Source: Nocardioides sp. (GTDB lineage Bacteria > Actinomycetota > Actinomycetes > Propionibacteriales > Nocardioidaceae). Taken from it: a stretch of 64,000 bases of DNA. The stretch covers positions 6,654-70,653 of the forward strand of contig NZ_DASXWU010000059.1 of assembly GCF_036503465.1 (NCBI RefSeq). Direction: 5' to 3'. The translations under genes were made by a program, and so were the position numbers. Under the pieces are notes generated by a model. The model ran no database searches and was not told the origin of the DNA. It saw only the letters and a program-made list of their open reading frames with translations. Shown in pieces: positions 17,362-26,876 of the stretch. Numbering within the stretch: the first letter of the stretch is position 1; the number at the start of each line of letters is the position of its first letter.

Positions 17362-18053
17362 CCGGCTGCCTCGACCATGCCCGCGATGAGGTCGACGACC
17401 TCCTCGAGGCTGTACGGGGTGCTGTCGATGTGGACGGCTCCCTCGGCGATGACGAGGGGCGAGGCCGTCCGGGTGGAGTCGATGCGGTCGCGCGCGAGCA
17501 GCGAGGACTCGGTGGCCGCGACGTCCGCCCCGCCCTCCTCGGCCGCGCGCCGCGCCGCCCTGGCGGAGGCGTCGGCGGTGAGATAGACCTTCACGTCGGC
17601 GTCGGGGGCCACCACGGAGCCGATGTCGCGTCCCTCGACCACGATCCCGACACCGTCGACACCGTCGAGCGCCGCCGCGATCGCCTCGTGCTGGAGCTCG
17701 AGGAGCCGGGCCCGGACCTGGGGGACGGCACTGACCGGGGAGACGGCCGCGTTCACCTCCGGGGTCCGGATCGCCGCGGCCACGTCCCTCCCGTCGACCG
17801 TGATCGTGGGGTGGAACGGATCCGTGCCGGTCTCGATCACCGGCTCGTGGCAGCGCTCCGCCACGGCAGCCGGGTCGTGGACCGACACATCGTGCCGGAG
17901 CATCCACCACGTCATCGCGCGGTACATCGCCCCGGTGTCCAGGTAGCGCAGTCCGAGCCGCCTCGCGACTCCGCGCGACGTGCTCGACTTGCCCGAACCC
18001 GAGGGTCCGTCGATCGCCACGACCACGCCTCGGGTGCGTGCGCGTGCGCTCAC
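17358..18053 (-). CDS. cmk: cytidylate kinase
   Basis: VVAIDGPSGSGKSSTSRGVARRLGLRYLDTGAMYR. GTG 18053 is preceded by CAGGAGAG. Confidence 0.9.
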   Translation of the reverse strand: MSARARTRGVVVAIDGPSGSGKSSTSRGVARRLGLRYLDTGAMYRAMTWWMLRHDVSVHDPAAVAERCHEPVIETGTDPFHPTITVDGRDVAAAIRTPEVNAAVSPVSAVPQVRARLLELQHEAIAAALDGVDGVGIVVEGRDIGSVVAPDADVKVYLTADASARAARRAAEEGGADVAATESSLLARDRIDSTRTASPLVIAEGAVHIDSTPYSLEEVVDLIAGMVEAAG

Positions 18054-18150
18054 GGGACTCTCCTGATCTCGATGGCCCGATCTCGGCGGGCCCGATCCGG
18101 CGGGTGGGAGGGCGCGGCTCGCCGTACCCGGGGCTGCGCAAGCGCCAACC

Positions 18151-19212
18151 CTACCGGTGGGTCTCCCAACCACGGGATTCCAGAGAGTCGTGCAGGTGGT
18201 CGCTGCGGGTCTCGTCGACCACCAGCTCCACGAGACCGGTCTCCCGCGCGGGGTCGTGGTCGATGTGGACGTCCTCGATGTTGACCCCGCTGGCACCGGC
18301 GTCGGCGAACAGCCGGGCCAGCTCCCCCGGATGGTCGGGCACCGAGACGAAGACCGACGCGGTCGGCCTCGACGGGCCGCCGTGCTTGCCCGGGATGGCC
18401 TGCGTGCCGGCCACGCCGCGCTCGAGGATCTCGCCGAGCGTCCCACGGTCGCCCGTGGTCACCGCGTCGATCAGCACGTCGAGCTGGTCGCGCACCTGGG
18501 TCAGCAGCCCCGCCACCGCGGCGGAGTTTCCGGTGACGATCTGTTGCCACAGGGCCGGGTCCCCTCCGGCGACCCGGGTCACGTCACGGACGCCCTGCCC
18601 GCTGAGGGCCAGGTGGTCCGTCGGGGCGTCCGCGAGCCGGCCGGCGACGAGGACGGAGAGCAGGTGGGGCAGGTGCGAGGTGCGGGCGACGGCCTCGTCA
18701 TGCTCCTCCGGGCTGAGCCGTACGACGCTCGCCCCCGCCGTCCGGGCGAGCTCCTGGACGGCCTCGGTCGCCGCCGCCGACGAGCGCGCGTGCGGCGTCA
18801 CCGCCCAGGGTCGGCCGTCGAACAGCGCGGCGGAGGCGGCGAGCGGTCCGGATCGTTCGCTGCCCGCCATCGGGTGCCCGCCGACGTACCGCTCGATGCC
18901 CGCCGTACCGTCCAGGAGCCGCAGCGGCGCCGTCTTGACGCTGCCCACGTCCGTGACGACCGCATCAGTCTCCGCGAGGGCCCTGGCCACCTCGGGACCC
19001 ACGTGGTCGGGTGGGACGGCGACCACCACCAGCCCGACAGCTTCCCCGTCGTGCGGGTGTCCGGCACCGAGACCGGTCGCCGTGCGGACGTGCTCGGGGA
19101 CCACGTCGGAGAGCAGGACCTCGACGTGACGGCGCCGCAGCGCCAGCCCGAGCGACGTGCCGAGCAGCCCGGTGCCGACGATCAGGACGGGCTGCGGGAG
19201 TCGCTCATCCAT
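18151..19212 (-). CDS. tyrA: prephenate dehydrogenase with C-terminal ACT-like domain
   Basis: Rossmann fold VLIVGTGLLGTSLG. GGHPMAGSE active-site motif. Start at ATG 19212 (GAGGG upstream) or 19224. Confidence 0.85.
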   Translation of the reverse strand: MDERLPQPVLIVGTGLLGTSLGLALRRRHVEVLLSDVVPEHVRTATGLGAGHPHDGEAVGLVVVAVPPDHVGPEVARALAETDAVVTDVGSVKTAPLRLLDGTAGIERYVGGHPMAGSERSGPLAASAALFDGRPWAVTPHARSSAAATEAVQELARTAGASVVRLSPEEHDEAVARTSHLPHLLSVLVAGRLADAPTDHLALSGQGVRDVTRVAGGDPALWQQIVTGNSAAVAGLLTQVRDQLDVLIDAVTTGDRGTLGEILERGVAGTQAIPGKHGGPSRPTASVFVSVPDHPGELARLFADAGASGVNIEDVHIDHDPARETGLVELVVDETRSDHLHDSLESRGWETHR

Positions 19213-19636
19213 CCCGGCCCTCATCGGCTGGGCCGTCGGACGGGTCGTCGGCGGGCGTGTCCGGCAGAGCGCGGACCCGGGCGAGGTCTCGGCGCAGCGC
19301 GGCCGCGCCGTGGAGGTAGACGTGGGTGATGTCGGCCCGCGGCAGGTCGGTCTCGACGTGGGCCATCATCCGCACCACCCGCGGCATCGACCCCTCGATC
19401 TCCAGCTCACGGGTGCAGATCAACGGCACGTCGGTGAACCCCAGGATCCGCGCGGCGTAGGCCGGGAACTCCGAGACCAGGTCGGTGGTCGCGGTGAAGA
19501 TGATCGAGATGAAGTCGTCGACGTCCCATCCGTTGGCATCCATCACCTCGGTCACCATCTCGGTGACCCGCGCGAGCATGTGGTCGCGGTCGTCGAAGTC
19601 GAGCTGGGTCGCGCCCCGCACCGCCCTCACTGCCAC
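19205..19636 (-). CDS. aroH: chorismate mutase, AroH class
   Basis: MAVRAVRGATQL..ISIIFTATTDL..PLICTRELEIEGSMPRVVRMMAHV. Confidence 0.85.
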   Translation of the reverse strand: MAVRAVRGATQLDFDDRDHMLARVTEMVTEVMDANGWDVDDFISIIFTATTDLVSEFPAYAARILGFTDVPLICTRELEIEGSMPRVVRMMAHVETDLPRADITHVYLHGAAALRRDLARVRALPDTPADDPSDGPADEGRDG

Positions 19637-19662
19637 GCCCCGACCCTAGTGGTGGGCAACCG

Positions 19663-20427
19663 TCAGAGCCTGGCCGCGTCCAGGAGTGCGCCCAGCTCGT
19701 CGTTGGTCAGCTCCCGCATCTCCGCGACTCCCAGGTTCGCCAGCTGCACCGGGCCGATGGCCGTCCGGGTGAGCTGGCGCACCGGGTGCCCCACGTGGTC
19801 CAGCAACCGGCGGACGATCCGGTTGCGGCCCTCGTGGATCACCAGCTCGAGGATCGTGCCGTCCCGGGACGTGCCGCGTCCCCCGACCAGCTTCACCGAG
19901 GAGACGGTGACCGGGCCGTCGTCCAGCGTGACGCCTCCCATGATCTGCTTCAGCGTGCTCTGCTGGACGATGCCGTCGACGGCGGCGACGTACGTCTTGT
20001 CGACCTCGTACGACGGGTGGGCCATGCGCTGGGCGAACTCACCGTCGTTGGTCAGCAGCAGCAGCCCCGAGGTGTCGGTGTCGAGCCGTCCGACGTGGAA
20101 GAGCCGCTCGGGCCGGTCGGCGACCAGGTCGGACAGCGTGCGCTCGGCGTGCGGGTCGGACATGGTCGAGGTGACGCCGACGGGCTTGTTCAGGACCAGG
20201 TAGACGTTCGGCGACATCGGCGGAAGGCGCATGCCCGACACCCGGATCACGGCCGAGGTCGGGTCGACCTTCGTCCCGAGCCGGGTCACCACCTCGTCGT
20301 CGACGGTCACCTCACCTGCCAGCATCAGCTCCTCGCACTTGCGCCGCGACGCGACGCCCGAGCGGGCGAGCAGCTTGTGCAGCCGGACGAGCCCCTCCTC
20401 GTCCCGTTCGATGTCCGGACCGCTCAC
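19663..20427 (-). CDS. rluB: 23S rRNA pseudouridine synthase (RluB/RsuA family) with S4 domain
   Basis: S4 domain RLHKLLARSGVASRRKCEELMLAGEVTVD. Catalytic HVGRLDTDTSGLLLLTNDG. GTG 20427 overlaps the scpB stop (GTGA). Confidence 0.85.
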   Translation of the reverse strand: MSGPDIERDEEGLVRLHKLLARSGVASRRKCEELMLAGEVTVDDEVVTRLGTKVDPTSAVIRVSGMRLPPMSPNVYLVLNKPVGVTSTMSDPHAERTLSDLVADRPERLFHVGRLDTDTSGLLLLTNDGEFAQRMAHPSYEVDKTYVAAVDGIVQQSTLKQIMGGVTLDDGPVTVSSVKLVGGRGTSRDGTILELVIHEGRNRIVRRLLDHVGHPVRQLTRTAIGPVQLANLGVAEMRELTNDELGALLDAARL

Positions 20428-21023
20428 GTCGTGTCGGTCTCGGCGCCACCGCTCAGCTCGTCCTCGAGGGCGTCGAGGTCCTCGAGGTCGGGCAGGTACG
20501 GCGCGAGCTCGGGCAGGTCGTCGAGAGAGGTGACGCCGATCCGCTCGAGGAAGTACGACGTGGTGCGGTAGAGGTGGGCGCCGGTGGAGTGATCCTCCCC
20601 GGCCTCCTCGACGAGCCCGCGGGTGACCAGCGTGCGCATCACACCGTCGACGTTCACGCCACGGATCGCCGACACCCGCGCCCGCGAGACCGGCTGCTTG
20701 TACGCGACCACCGCCAGGGTCTCGAGCGCCGCCTGGGTGAGCCGCGCCTGCTGCCCGTCGAGCACGAACGCCTCGACCACCGGCGCGAACTCCTCGCGCG
20801 TGTAGTAGCGCCAGCCACCCGCGACGTTGCGCAGCTCGAAGCCCCGCCCCTGGTCTGCGTACTCCTGGGCCAGCTCGGCCAGCGCACCGGACACCTCCGC
20901 GACCGGCGCCCCGACGGCCGACGCCAGGGTGGTGTCGTCGAGCGGCTGGTCGGCGACCATCAGCAGCGCCTCCAGCGACGGCCGCAGCTCGGCGACCGCG
21001 AACTCCAGCACGTCCTCGCTCAT
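20424..21023 (-). CDS. scpB: SMC-ScpAB complex subunit ScpB
   Basis: LEALLMVADQPL..RGFELRNVAGGWRYYT..LTQAALETLAVVAYKQPVSRARVSAIRGVNVDGVMRTL. Confidence 0.9.
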   Translation of the reverse strand: MSEDVLEFAVAELRPSLEALLMVADQPLDDTTLASAVGAPVAEVSGALAELAQEYADQGRGFELRNVAGGWRYYTREEFAPVVEAFVLDGQQARLTQAALETLAVVAYKQPVSRARVSAIRGVNVDGVMRTLVTRGLVEEAGEDHSTGAHLYRTTSYFLERIGVTSLDDLPELAPYLPDLEDLDALEDELSGGAETDTT

Positions 21024-21961
21024 GGTGTCTCCTCGTCGGGCATCGTGGTCTGGTCCGCCTCGGGGGTCGCGTCGGCCGGCTCCGGAGCACCCTCGAACTC
21101 GTCGATCGCGAAGTCCACGGCCTCGGCGTCGACGCCTCCGGTCCAGCGGACGGTCAGCTCGCCCAGCGGCGAGACCTGGTCGAAGGCCACGGCGTTCTCG
21201 CGGAACAGCTCCAGGAGCGCCAGGAACCGCGCCACCGTGGTCAGCATGTCGGGCGAGTCGCCGCACAAGGCCCGGAAGGTCATGGTGCCGGTACGCCGGA
21301 GCCGCTCCACCACGACCTCGGCCTGCTCGCGCACCGAGACCGCCGGTGCGTGGATGTGCTGGAGCGACAGCTCGGGCTCCGGCTTCGGCTCCAGCGCCTT
21401 CGCGGCCAGCGCCACGAACGCGTCCACACCGATGCCGATCAGCACCTCCGGCAGCAGGCCGGCGTACCGCTCCTCGAGCCCGACGGCGCGGGGATGCCGT
21501 CGCGACTCGCCGGCGAGCCGCGACTCGAGCACGGCGGCGACCTGCTTGAACGCGCGGTACTGCAGGAGCCGGGCGAAGAGCAGGTCGCGGGCCTCGAGCA
21601 GGGCGAGGTCCTCCTCGTCCTCGATCTCGCCCTGGGGCAGCAGACGCGCCGACTTCAGGTCGAGCAGGGTCGAGGCGACGAGCAGGAACGACGAGGTCTG
21701 CTCGAGGTCCCACGATCCGTCGCCGTCACGACCGGCGCCGGCCTTCACGTGCGCGATGAACTCGTCGGTGACCGTCGAGAGCGAGACCTCGGTGATGTCG
21801 AGCTTGTGCTTCGAGATCAGGCTGAGCAGCAGGTCGAAGGGCCCCTCGAAGTTGTCCAGCCGCACCTCGAAGGCATGGGTACCCTCCGGGGTGGACTCTG
21901 CCCCTCGATCGGAGAGAGTGGCGTCCGACCCCGTGGAGCCGGACGTGGTGGCGACGGTCAT
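21020..21961 (-). CDS. scpA: segregation and condensation protein ScpA (kleisin)
   Basis: FEVRLDNFEGPFDLLLSLISKHKLDITEVSLSTVTDEF. The stop overlaps the scpB start (ATGA). Confidence 0.9.
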   Translation of the reverse strand: MTVATTSGSTGSDATLSDRGAESTPEGTHAFEVRLDNFEGPFDLLLSLISKHKLDITEVSLSTVTDEFIAHVKAGAGRDGDGSWDLEQTSSFLLVASTLLDLKSARLLPQGEIEDEEDLALLEARDLLFARLLQYRAFKQVAAVLESRLAGESRRHPRAVGLEERYAGLLPEVLIGIGVDAFVALAAKALEPKPEPELSLQHIHAPAVSVREQAEVVVERLRRTGTMTFRALCGDSPDMLTTVARFLALLELFRENAVAFDQVSPLGELTVRWTGGVDAEAVDFAIDEFEGAPEPADATPEADQTTMPDEETP

Positions 21962-21982
21962 CTGCGGTGGTTTCGTCCTCGG

Positions 21983-22330
21983 TCAGGCCTCGAACAGACG
22001 TTGCACCAGCATGCTGTCATGCCCGTGCTCGTCCAGATCGGCCAGCACCAGGGCGACCGCCTCGCGCACCAGCCGGCCGCGGTCGACGGCCAGGCCGTGG
22101 TGGCGGCGTAGCTCGAGGCGGGCGTGCTCGAGATCTAGCAGCTCGTCGGCGGTGACGTAGATCGTGATCTTCTCGTCGTGCCGCACCCGGCCGCTCGGGC
22201 GGCGGCGTACGTCGTCGTCTGCGGCTGCCGTCGCCTGCGCCGTGGGGACGGCTCGCACGGTGCGTTCGCGCCGGGCGGGCTCCGCGGGGTCGGTGGGGCG
22301 GAAGAGGTCGTCCGCGGCCGGCAGGTTCAC
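21983..22330 (-). CDS. small conserved protein with ribbon-helix-helix-like C-terminal half
   Basis: KITIYVTADELLDLEHARLELRRHHGLAVDRGRLVREAVALVLADL. GTG 22330 overlaps the ParA-like stop (GTGA). The ORF-track alternative start is 22342. Confidence 0.6.
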   Translation of the reverse strand: MNLPAADDLFRPTDPAEPARRERTVRAVPTAQATAAADDDVRRRPSGRVRHDEKITIYVTADELLDLEHARLELRRHHGLAVDRGRLVREAVALVLADLDEHGHDSMLVQRLFEA

Positions 22331-23412
22331 GCGTCGAGCCACCGCAGTGCCACCTCCTTGGCCAGCTGCCGGTAGGCGTCCGCTCCGGTCGACGTCGAGG
22401 CGTACGACGTGATCGGCTCACCGGCGACCGTGGAGTCGGAGAACTTCACGGTCCGCCGGATCACCGTGTGGAACACCTTCTCGCCCCAGGCCTGCACCAG
22501 GCGCTCCATCACCTCGCGGCTGTGCAGCGTCCGGCCGTCGTACATGGTCCCGAGGACCCCGTCGATCTCCAGGCGCGGGTTGAGCCGCTCACGCACCTTG
22601 TCGATGGTGGTCTTCAGCAGGGCGACGCCGCGGAGCGCGAAGTACTCGCACTCGAGCGGGACGATCACGCCGTCGGAGGCGGTCAAGGCGTTCACGGTGA
22701 GCAGCCCGAGGGACGGCTGGCAGTCGATGAGGACCACGTCGTACTTCTCGATCGCCGGGCCGAGGACCCGCTGCAGCGTCTGCTCGCGGGCGACCTCGTG
22801 GACCAGCTGAACCTCGGCGGCCGACAGGTCGATGTTGGACGGCAGCAGGTCCATCCCCGTTACCCCGGTGGGCACCACGACCTCGTCGAGGGACACCTCG
22901 CGGTCCATCAGGAGGTTGTAGACGGTCAGCTCCATGTCGTGGGGGTTCAGCCCGAGACCGACCGAGAGTGAGCCCTGCGGGTCGAAGTCGACCAGCAGCA
23001 CCCGGCGTCCGAACTCCGCCAGCGAGGCACCGAGGTTGATCGTGGTCGTGGTCTTGCCGACCCCTCCCTTCTGGTTGCACATCGAGATCACCCGCGCGTG
23101 ACCGTGGGAGGTCAGCGGCCTCGGGTCGGGGAACTCCGGCACCGGCCGCCCGGTGGGCCCCACGACGGCCTCCGGGGCCTCGTCCACGGCCTGGTCAACC
23201 GCCACGCCGCCGCCTGACACGTCGAGCTCGCCGGGCATGGTGACCGGCTCCTCGGTGATCGGGCGGACAAAGGGCAACGGCTCGGTCATGGGGTGCTCCG
23301 TCTCCGAGGGAAGCGCAGCCACGGGGTCCACCTCCGGGGCGGGGTCCGGGACCTTCGGCGGCACGACGGGTGCGTTGGCTCCGGAATGGCCGCGAGAGAA
23401 GATCCCAGGCAT
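22327..23412 (-). CDS. ParA/Soj-family ATPase (orphan PldP / Rv1708-like) with ~100-aa Pro/acidic N-terminal extension
   Basis: Deviant Walker A NQKGGVGKTTTTINL. DFDPQGS, LIDCQPSLG. Trimmed to ATG 23412 (GGAGGG upstream). Confidence 0.9.
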   Translation of the reverse strand: MPGIFSRGHSGANAPVVPPKVPDPAPEVDPVAALPSETEHPMTEPLPFVRPITEEPVTMPGELDVSGGGVAVDQAVDEAPEAVVGPTGRPVPEFPDPRPLTSHGHARVISMCNQKGGVGKTTTTINLGASLAEFGRRVLLVDFDPQGSLSVGLGLNPHDMELTVYNLLMDREVSLDEVVVPTGVTGMDLLPSNIDLSAAEVQLVHEVAREQTLQRVLGPAIEKYDVVLIDCQPSLGLLTVNALTASDGVIVPLECEYFALRGVALLKTTIDKVRERLNPRLEIDGVLGTMYDGRTLHSREVMERLVQAWGEKVFHTVIRRTVKFSDSTVAGEPITSYASTSTGADAYRQLAKEVALRWLDA

Positions 23413-23547
23413 GTGTGCCCTCCAGGTGTCGGGTGCTGGCAATTGTCGACTTTGCGACATGTTGCCCCGAGGTACGGCGCGACTGTAGGAGGGCGCGCCG
23501 AGAGGCCTCAACCGGTTCTGAGATTCCCCCAGGCCCGAGCCGAAATC

Positions 23548-23620
23548 TGTGTACAGCGTGTGCACGAGCGACCCGGGGACTGCACAGCGGCACCCCCTCC
23601 TGTGCACAAGCCTGTGCACA
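23548..23620. promoter_or_regulatory. array of five palindromic TGTGCACA-like boxes upstream of the ParA-like gene
   Basis: TGTGTACA 23548-55, TGTGCACG 23559-66, ACTGCACA 23579-86, TGTGCACA 23601-08, TGTGCACA 23613-20. Centre spacings are 11, 20, 22 and 12 bp. Confidence 0.5.
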
Positions 23621-23683
23621 TCCGGTCTGGACCGGCACCCGGCCGATGTGGGTGTCGGGGCGGGAGATGTCCCACCTCGGCGA

Positions 23684-24718
23684 TCAGGCGTAGAGCTCGG
23701 GACATTCCTCCTGCGGGATCGTGACCCGGCCGCCGCCCTGGCGCGACGCGACCGCCGCGAACGCGGCGAGGTCCGCGAGATGGCCGTCCCAGGCCGACGG
23801 GCCGACGGGCCGGCCGGAGCGGATGCCGTCGATCCAGGCGCCGAGCTCGATCCGGTAGGCGTCGAGGAAGCGGGAGGTCCAGCCACCGTCGACGACGCGT
23901 CCGTCGACGCCGGCCGTGTCGGACAGGCCGCGCCTCACCGAGACGCCGTACGGCGGGGTCAGCGAGACGGTTCCGGCCGTGCCCACGATCTCGGTGTGGA
24001 TGTCGTAGCCGTAGCGCGCGTTCACGTACACCTCGACCGTCACCACGACCCCTCCGCGCGTCTCGAGCACCGCGACCTGGAGGTCCTCCAGCGCGCCGGC
24101 ACCGACGCGCGAGGCGAACACCGTGACGGAGGTCAGCGGGTCGTCGAGCAACCACGGCACGCAGTCGAGCTCGTGGATCATGGAGTTCACGAGGACGCTG
24201 TCGGAGGTGTGGCTGGGATGCGCCTGCGCGTTGCGATGGACGCAGTGCACTGCCCGCACGGTTCCGACGGCGCCGCCGGCCACGGCCTCGCGCAGATCGA
24301 CGTACGCCGGGTCGAAACGCCGCATGAACCCGAGCTGGATCAACCGCCGGCCGCCGGCGACCTCGGCCTCCACGACCCGCCGCGCGCCCTCGGGCGTGGT
24401 GGCGATCGGCTTCTCCAGGAGGGTCGGCTTGTCGGCGGCCAGGCAGGTCAGGGCGAGACTCTCGTGCAGCGGGTCGGGTGCGGCGACCAGGACCGCGTCG
24501 ACGCCGGCCGAGGCGATCAGTTCCTCGGCCGAGGCTGCCACCGCGGCCCCACAGCGTTCGCCGATCGCCCGCGCGCGCCCGACGTCCACGTCGAAGACCT
24601 GCGCGACACTCGCCCCGGGCACCCACCGCTCCAGGGTTTCCACGTGGGCCGCGCCCATCGCGCCGAGGCCGATCACCCCGACGCGCACCGCCTCGGGGCT
24701 GCTCACACCGCCACCCAT
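23684..24718 (-). CDS. iolG: myo-inositol 2-dehydrogenase (Gfo/Idh/MocA family)
   Basis: Collinear with my recollection of B. subtilis IolG: GFMRRFD, HRNAQ, MIHELDCVPWLL, EVYVNARYGYDIHTEIVG, GPSAWDGH. Start ATG 24718. Confidence 0.85.
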   Translation of the reverse strand: MGGGVSSPEAVRVGVIGLGAMGAAHVETLERWVPGASVAQVFDVDVGRARAIGERCGAAVAASAEELIASAGVDAVLVAAPDPLHESLALTCLAADKPTLLEKPIATTPEGARRVVEAEVAGGRRLIQLGFMRRFDPAYVDLREAVAGGAVGTVRAVHCVHRNAQAHPSHTSDSVLVNSMIHELDCVPWLLDDPLTSVTVFASRVGAGALEDLQVAVLETRGGVVVTVEVYVNARYGYDIHTEIVGTAGTVSLTPPYGVSVRRGLSDTAGVDGRVVDGGWTSRFLDAYRIELGAWIDGIRSGRPVGPSAWDGHLADLAAFAAVASRQGGGRVTIPQEECPELYA

Positions 24719-25893
24719 CGCCTCTCCGTGTGGGACGTCACCATCGCGTCCACCAGCTCCGCGGCCACCAGGGCGTCGTCGATCGTCGCGCCCTGGGGGT
24801 GGCCGCTGTGGATGCTCTCCGCGAGCGCCCGGCACTCCACGACCTTGAGGTCGTCGTAGCTCATCGCGATCCCCGACCCCGGCTGGAACGCCGCGAGGTC
24901 ACCGTCCCCGGGTCGGACCAGGCGGGTCTCCCAGTCGGCGTCCTGGTAGTCCCGCCCGATGCACAGCCGCAGCTCGCCCATCCGCCGGAAGTCCCACGCG
25001 ATCGCGCCCGTTGTGCCGCGCAGCTCGAATCCGTAGGTGCACTGCTCCCCCACCGCCACCCGCGACGAGGTCAGGGTGCCGCGCGCCCCCGAGGCGAACC
25101 TCAGCAGCGCCGACGCGGCGTCCTCGTTGCCGACGGCGCCTCGCGGACCGTCACCGCCGCGCGCGAAGTGCGACATCGTGCCCTCTCCGGGCAGCGGGCG
25201 CTCGGAGATGTACGTCGCCTGGTCGGCCACCAGCTCCACGACCGGGCCCAGAGCCGCACCGCCGACGTGCAGCGCGAGATCGAAGCCGTGGCTCGCCAGG
25301 TCACCCAGCACCCCCGTGCCGGCGTACGCCGGGTCGAACCGCCAGGACAGGGCCTGGTCGGGATGTGCCGAGTAGTCGGCGAGCATCCGGACGTCGATGG
25401 ACTCGACGGTGCCGACCGCGCCCTCGGTCACCAGCCGACGGGCGACCTGCACGGCCGGGGCGTTGCGGTAGTTGAACCCGACCGCCGACATCACACCCGC
25501 CTCGTGCACGGCCGCGGCGATGGCCCGGGTGTCGTCGACGCTGCGGCCGGCGGGCTTCTCGACCCAGAGGTGCCGCCCCGACCGGGCGACCGCCTCACCG
25601 ATCTCGCGGTGCACGAAGTTCGGGCCGCAGACGCTGACCACGTCGACGTCGCCGCGCTCCAGGACCTCCTGCCAGGACCCGGTCGTGACCTCGAACCCGA
25701 AGACCTCCTCCGCCACCTCGCGCCGCGCCGCCTCCGTGTCCGCGGCCGCCACGAGGCGGGGACGCACCGGAAGGTGCGGGTAGTGCTGCGCGAGACGGGT
25801 CCAGGCGCGACTGTGCACCTGCCCCATCCATCCGAAACCCACGACGGCCACGCCCAGCGGCCGCGGCTGCCGGGCGGTCGTCCCCAGGGTCAC
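24703..25893 (-). CDS. Gfo/Idh/MocA-family oxidoreductase
   Basis: [38 protein letters not shown] 25893 overlaps the upstream stop (GTGA). Confidence 0.85.
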   Translation of the reverse strand: MTLGTTARQPRPLGVAVVGFGWMGQVHSRAWTRLAQHYPHLPVRPRLVAAADTEAARREVAEEVFGFEVTTGSWQEVLERGDVDVVSVCGPNFVHREIGEAVARSGRHLWVEKPAGRSVDDTRAIAAAVHEAGVMSAVGFNYRNAPAVQVARRLVTEGAVGTVESIDVRMLADYSAHPDQALSWRFDPAYAGTGVLGDLASHGFDLALHVGGAALGPVVELVADQATYISERPLPGEGTMSHFARGGDGPRGAVGNEDAASALLRFASGARGTLTSSRVAVGEQCTYGFELRGTTGAIAWDFRRMGELRLCIGRDYQDADWETRLVRPGDGDLAAFQPGSGIAMSYDDLKVVECRALAESIHSGHPQGATIDDALVAAELVDAMVTSHTERRWVAV

Positions 25894-26876
25894 GGGCGGG
25901 AGCCCTCCGAGACCTCGTCCACGTCGTCCACGTCGTCCACGTCGCCGACGCTCCCCAAGGTCTCGGCCACGTCGGACTCCAGCTCGCGGGCGACCTTCGA
26001 GTCGGGCAGCTGCCGTGCCAGCTCGTGACTGAGCTGCTCGAGCTCGACACCACCGGCCATCATCCGGACCAGCTCCTCGAGGGTCATCTCCGCCTTCGGG
26101 AAGTTGCCCATGCTGCGGCCGCGCCGCAGCAGCATGAACCGGTCGCCCACCGGGTAGGCATGGTGCGGGTTGTGGCTGATGAAGACGACACCGAGCCCGC
26201 GGTCGCGCGCCTTCGCGACGTACTGGAGGACCACGCCCGACTGACGTACGCCGAGCGCCGCGGTCGGCTCGTCGAGGATCAGCACCCGGGCGCCGAAGTA
26301 GACGGCCCGGGCGATCGCCACGCACTGCCGCTCGCCGCCCGACAGGGTGCCGATCGGCTGCTCGACGTCGCGCAGGTCGATGCCCATCGCCGCGAGCTCG
26401 CTCTTGGTGATCTGCTTCATCCGCTGGTGGTCGAGCCGCCGGATCGGGCCCTTGCCCCTGGTGATCTCGGAGCCGAGGAAGAAGTTCCGCCACACCGGCA
26501 TCAACGGCACGACGGCCAGGTCCTGGTAGACCGTCGCGATGCCGAGCGCGAGGGCCTCGCGGGGCGAGGAGAACCGCCGCTTCTCGCCGTCCACCATGAA
26601 CTCGCCGTCGGTGTGCGCATGGGCACCGGCCAGGATCTTGATGAACGTCGACTTCCCGGCGCCGTTGTCGCCGAGCACGCAGGTGACCTCGCCGGCGTTC
26701 ACCGTGGAGGTCACGTCGCGGAGCGCGATCACGGACCCGTAGCTCTTGCCGATGTCGTTGACCTCGATGATCGGCGTGCCCGGCGCCGGCAGTGGCGGCC
26801 CGGACTGCAGGGCCCGGGCCTCGTCTTCCGGGCTCACCTGCTCCGGCTCCCGTGCCAGCTGCTCGGACTCGCTCAT
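25890..26876 (-). CDS. sugar (CUT2-type) ABC transporter ATP-binding protein, single NBD, acidic repeat tail
   Basis: Walker [10 protein letters not shown], signature LSGGERQ, Walker [11 protein letters not shown] 26876 overlaps the permease stop. Confidence 0.9.
   Translation of the reverse strand: MSESEQLAREPEQVSPEDEARALQSGPPLPAPGTPIIEVNDIGKSYGSVIALRDVTSTVNAGEVTCVLGDNGAGKSTFIKILAGAHAHTDGEFMVDGEKRRFSSPREALALGIATVYQDLAVVPLMPVWRNFFLGSEITRGKGPIRRLDHQRMKQITKSELAAMGIDLRDVEQPIGTLSGGERQCVAIARAVYFGARVLILDEPTAALGVRQSGVVLQYVAKARDRGLGVVFISHNPHHAYPVGDRFMLLRRGRSMGNFPKAEMTLEELVRMMAGGVELEQLSHELARQLPDSKVARELESDVAETLGSVGDVDDVDDVDEVSEGSRP
25912..25947. repeat. 9-bp tandem repeat (ACGTCGTCC-like, 4 copies)
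   Basis: ACCTCGTCC, ACGTCGTCC, ACGTCGTCC, ACGTCGCCG. Encodes the [12 protein letters not shown]-terminal tail of the ATPase. Confidence 0.75.
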
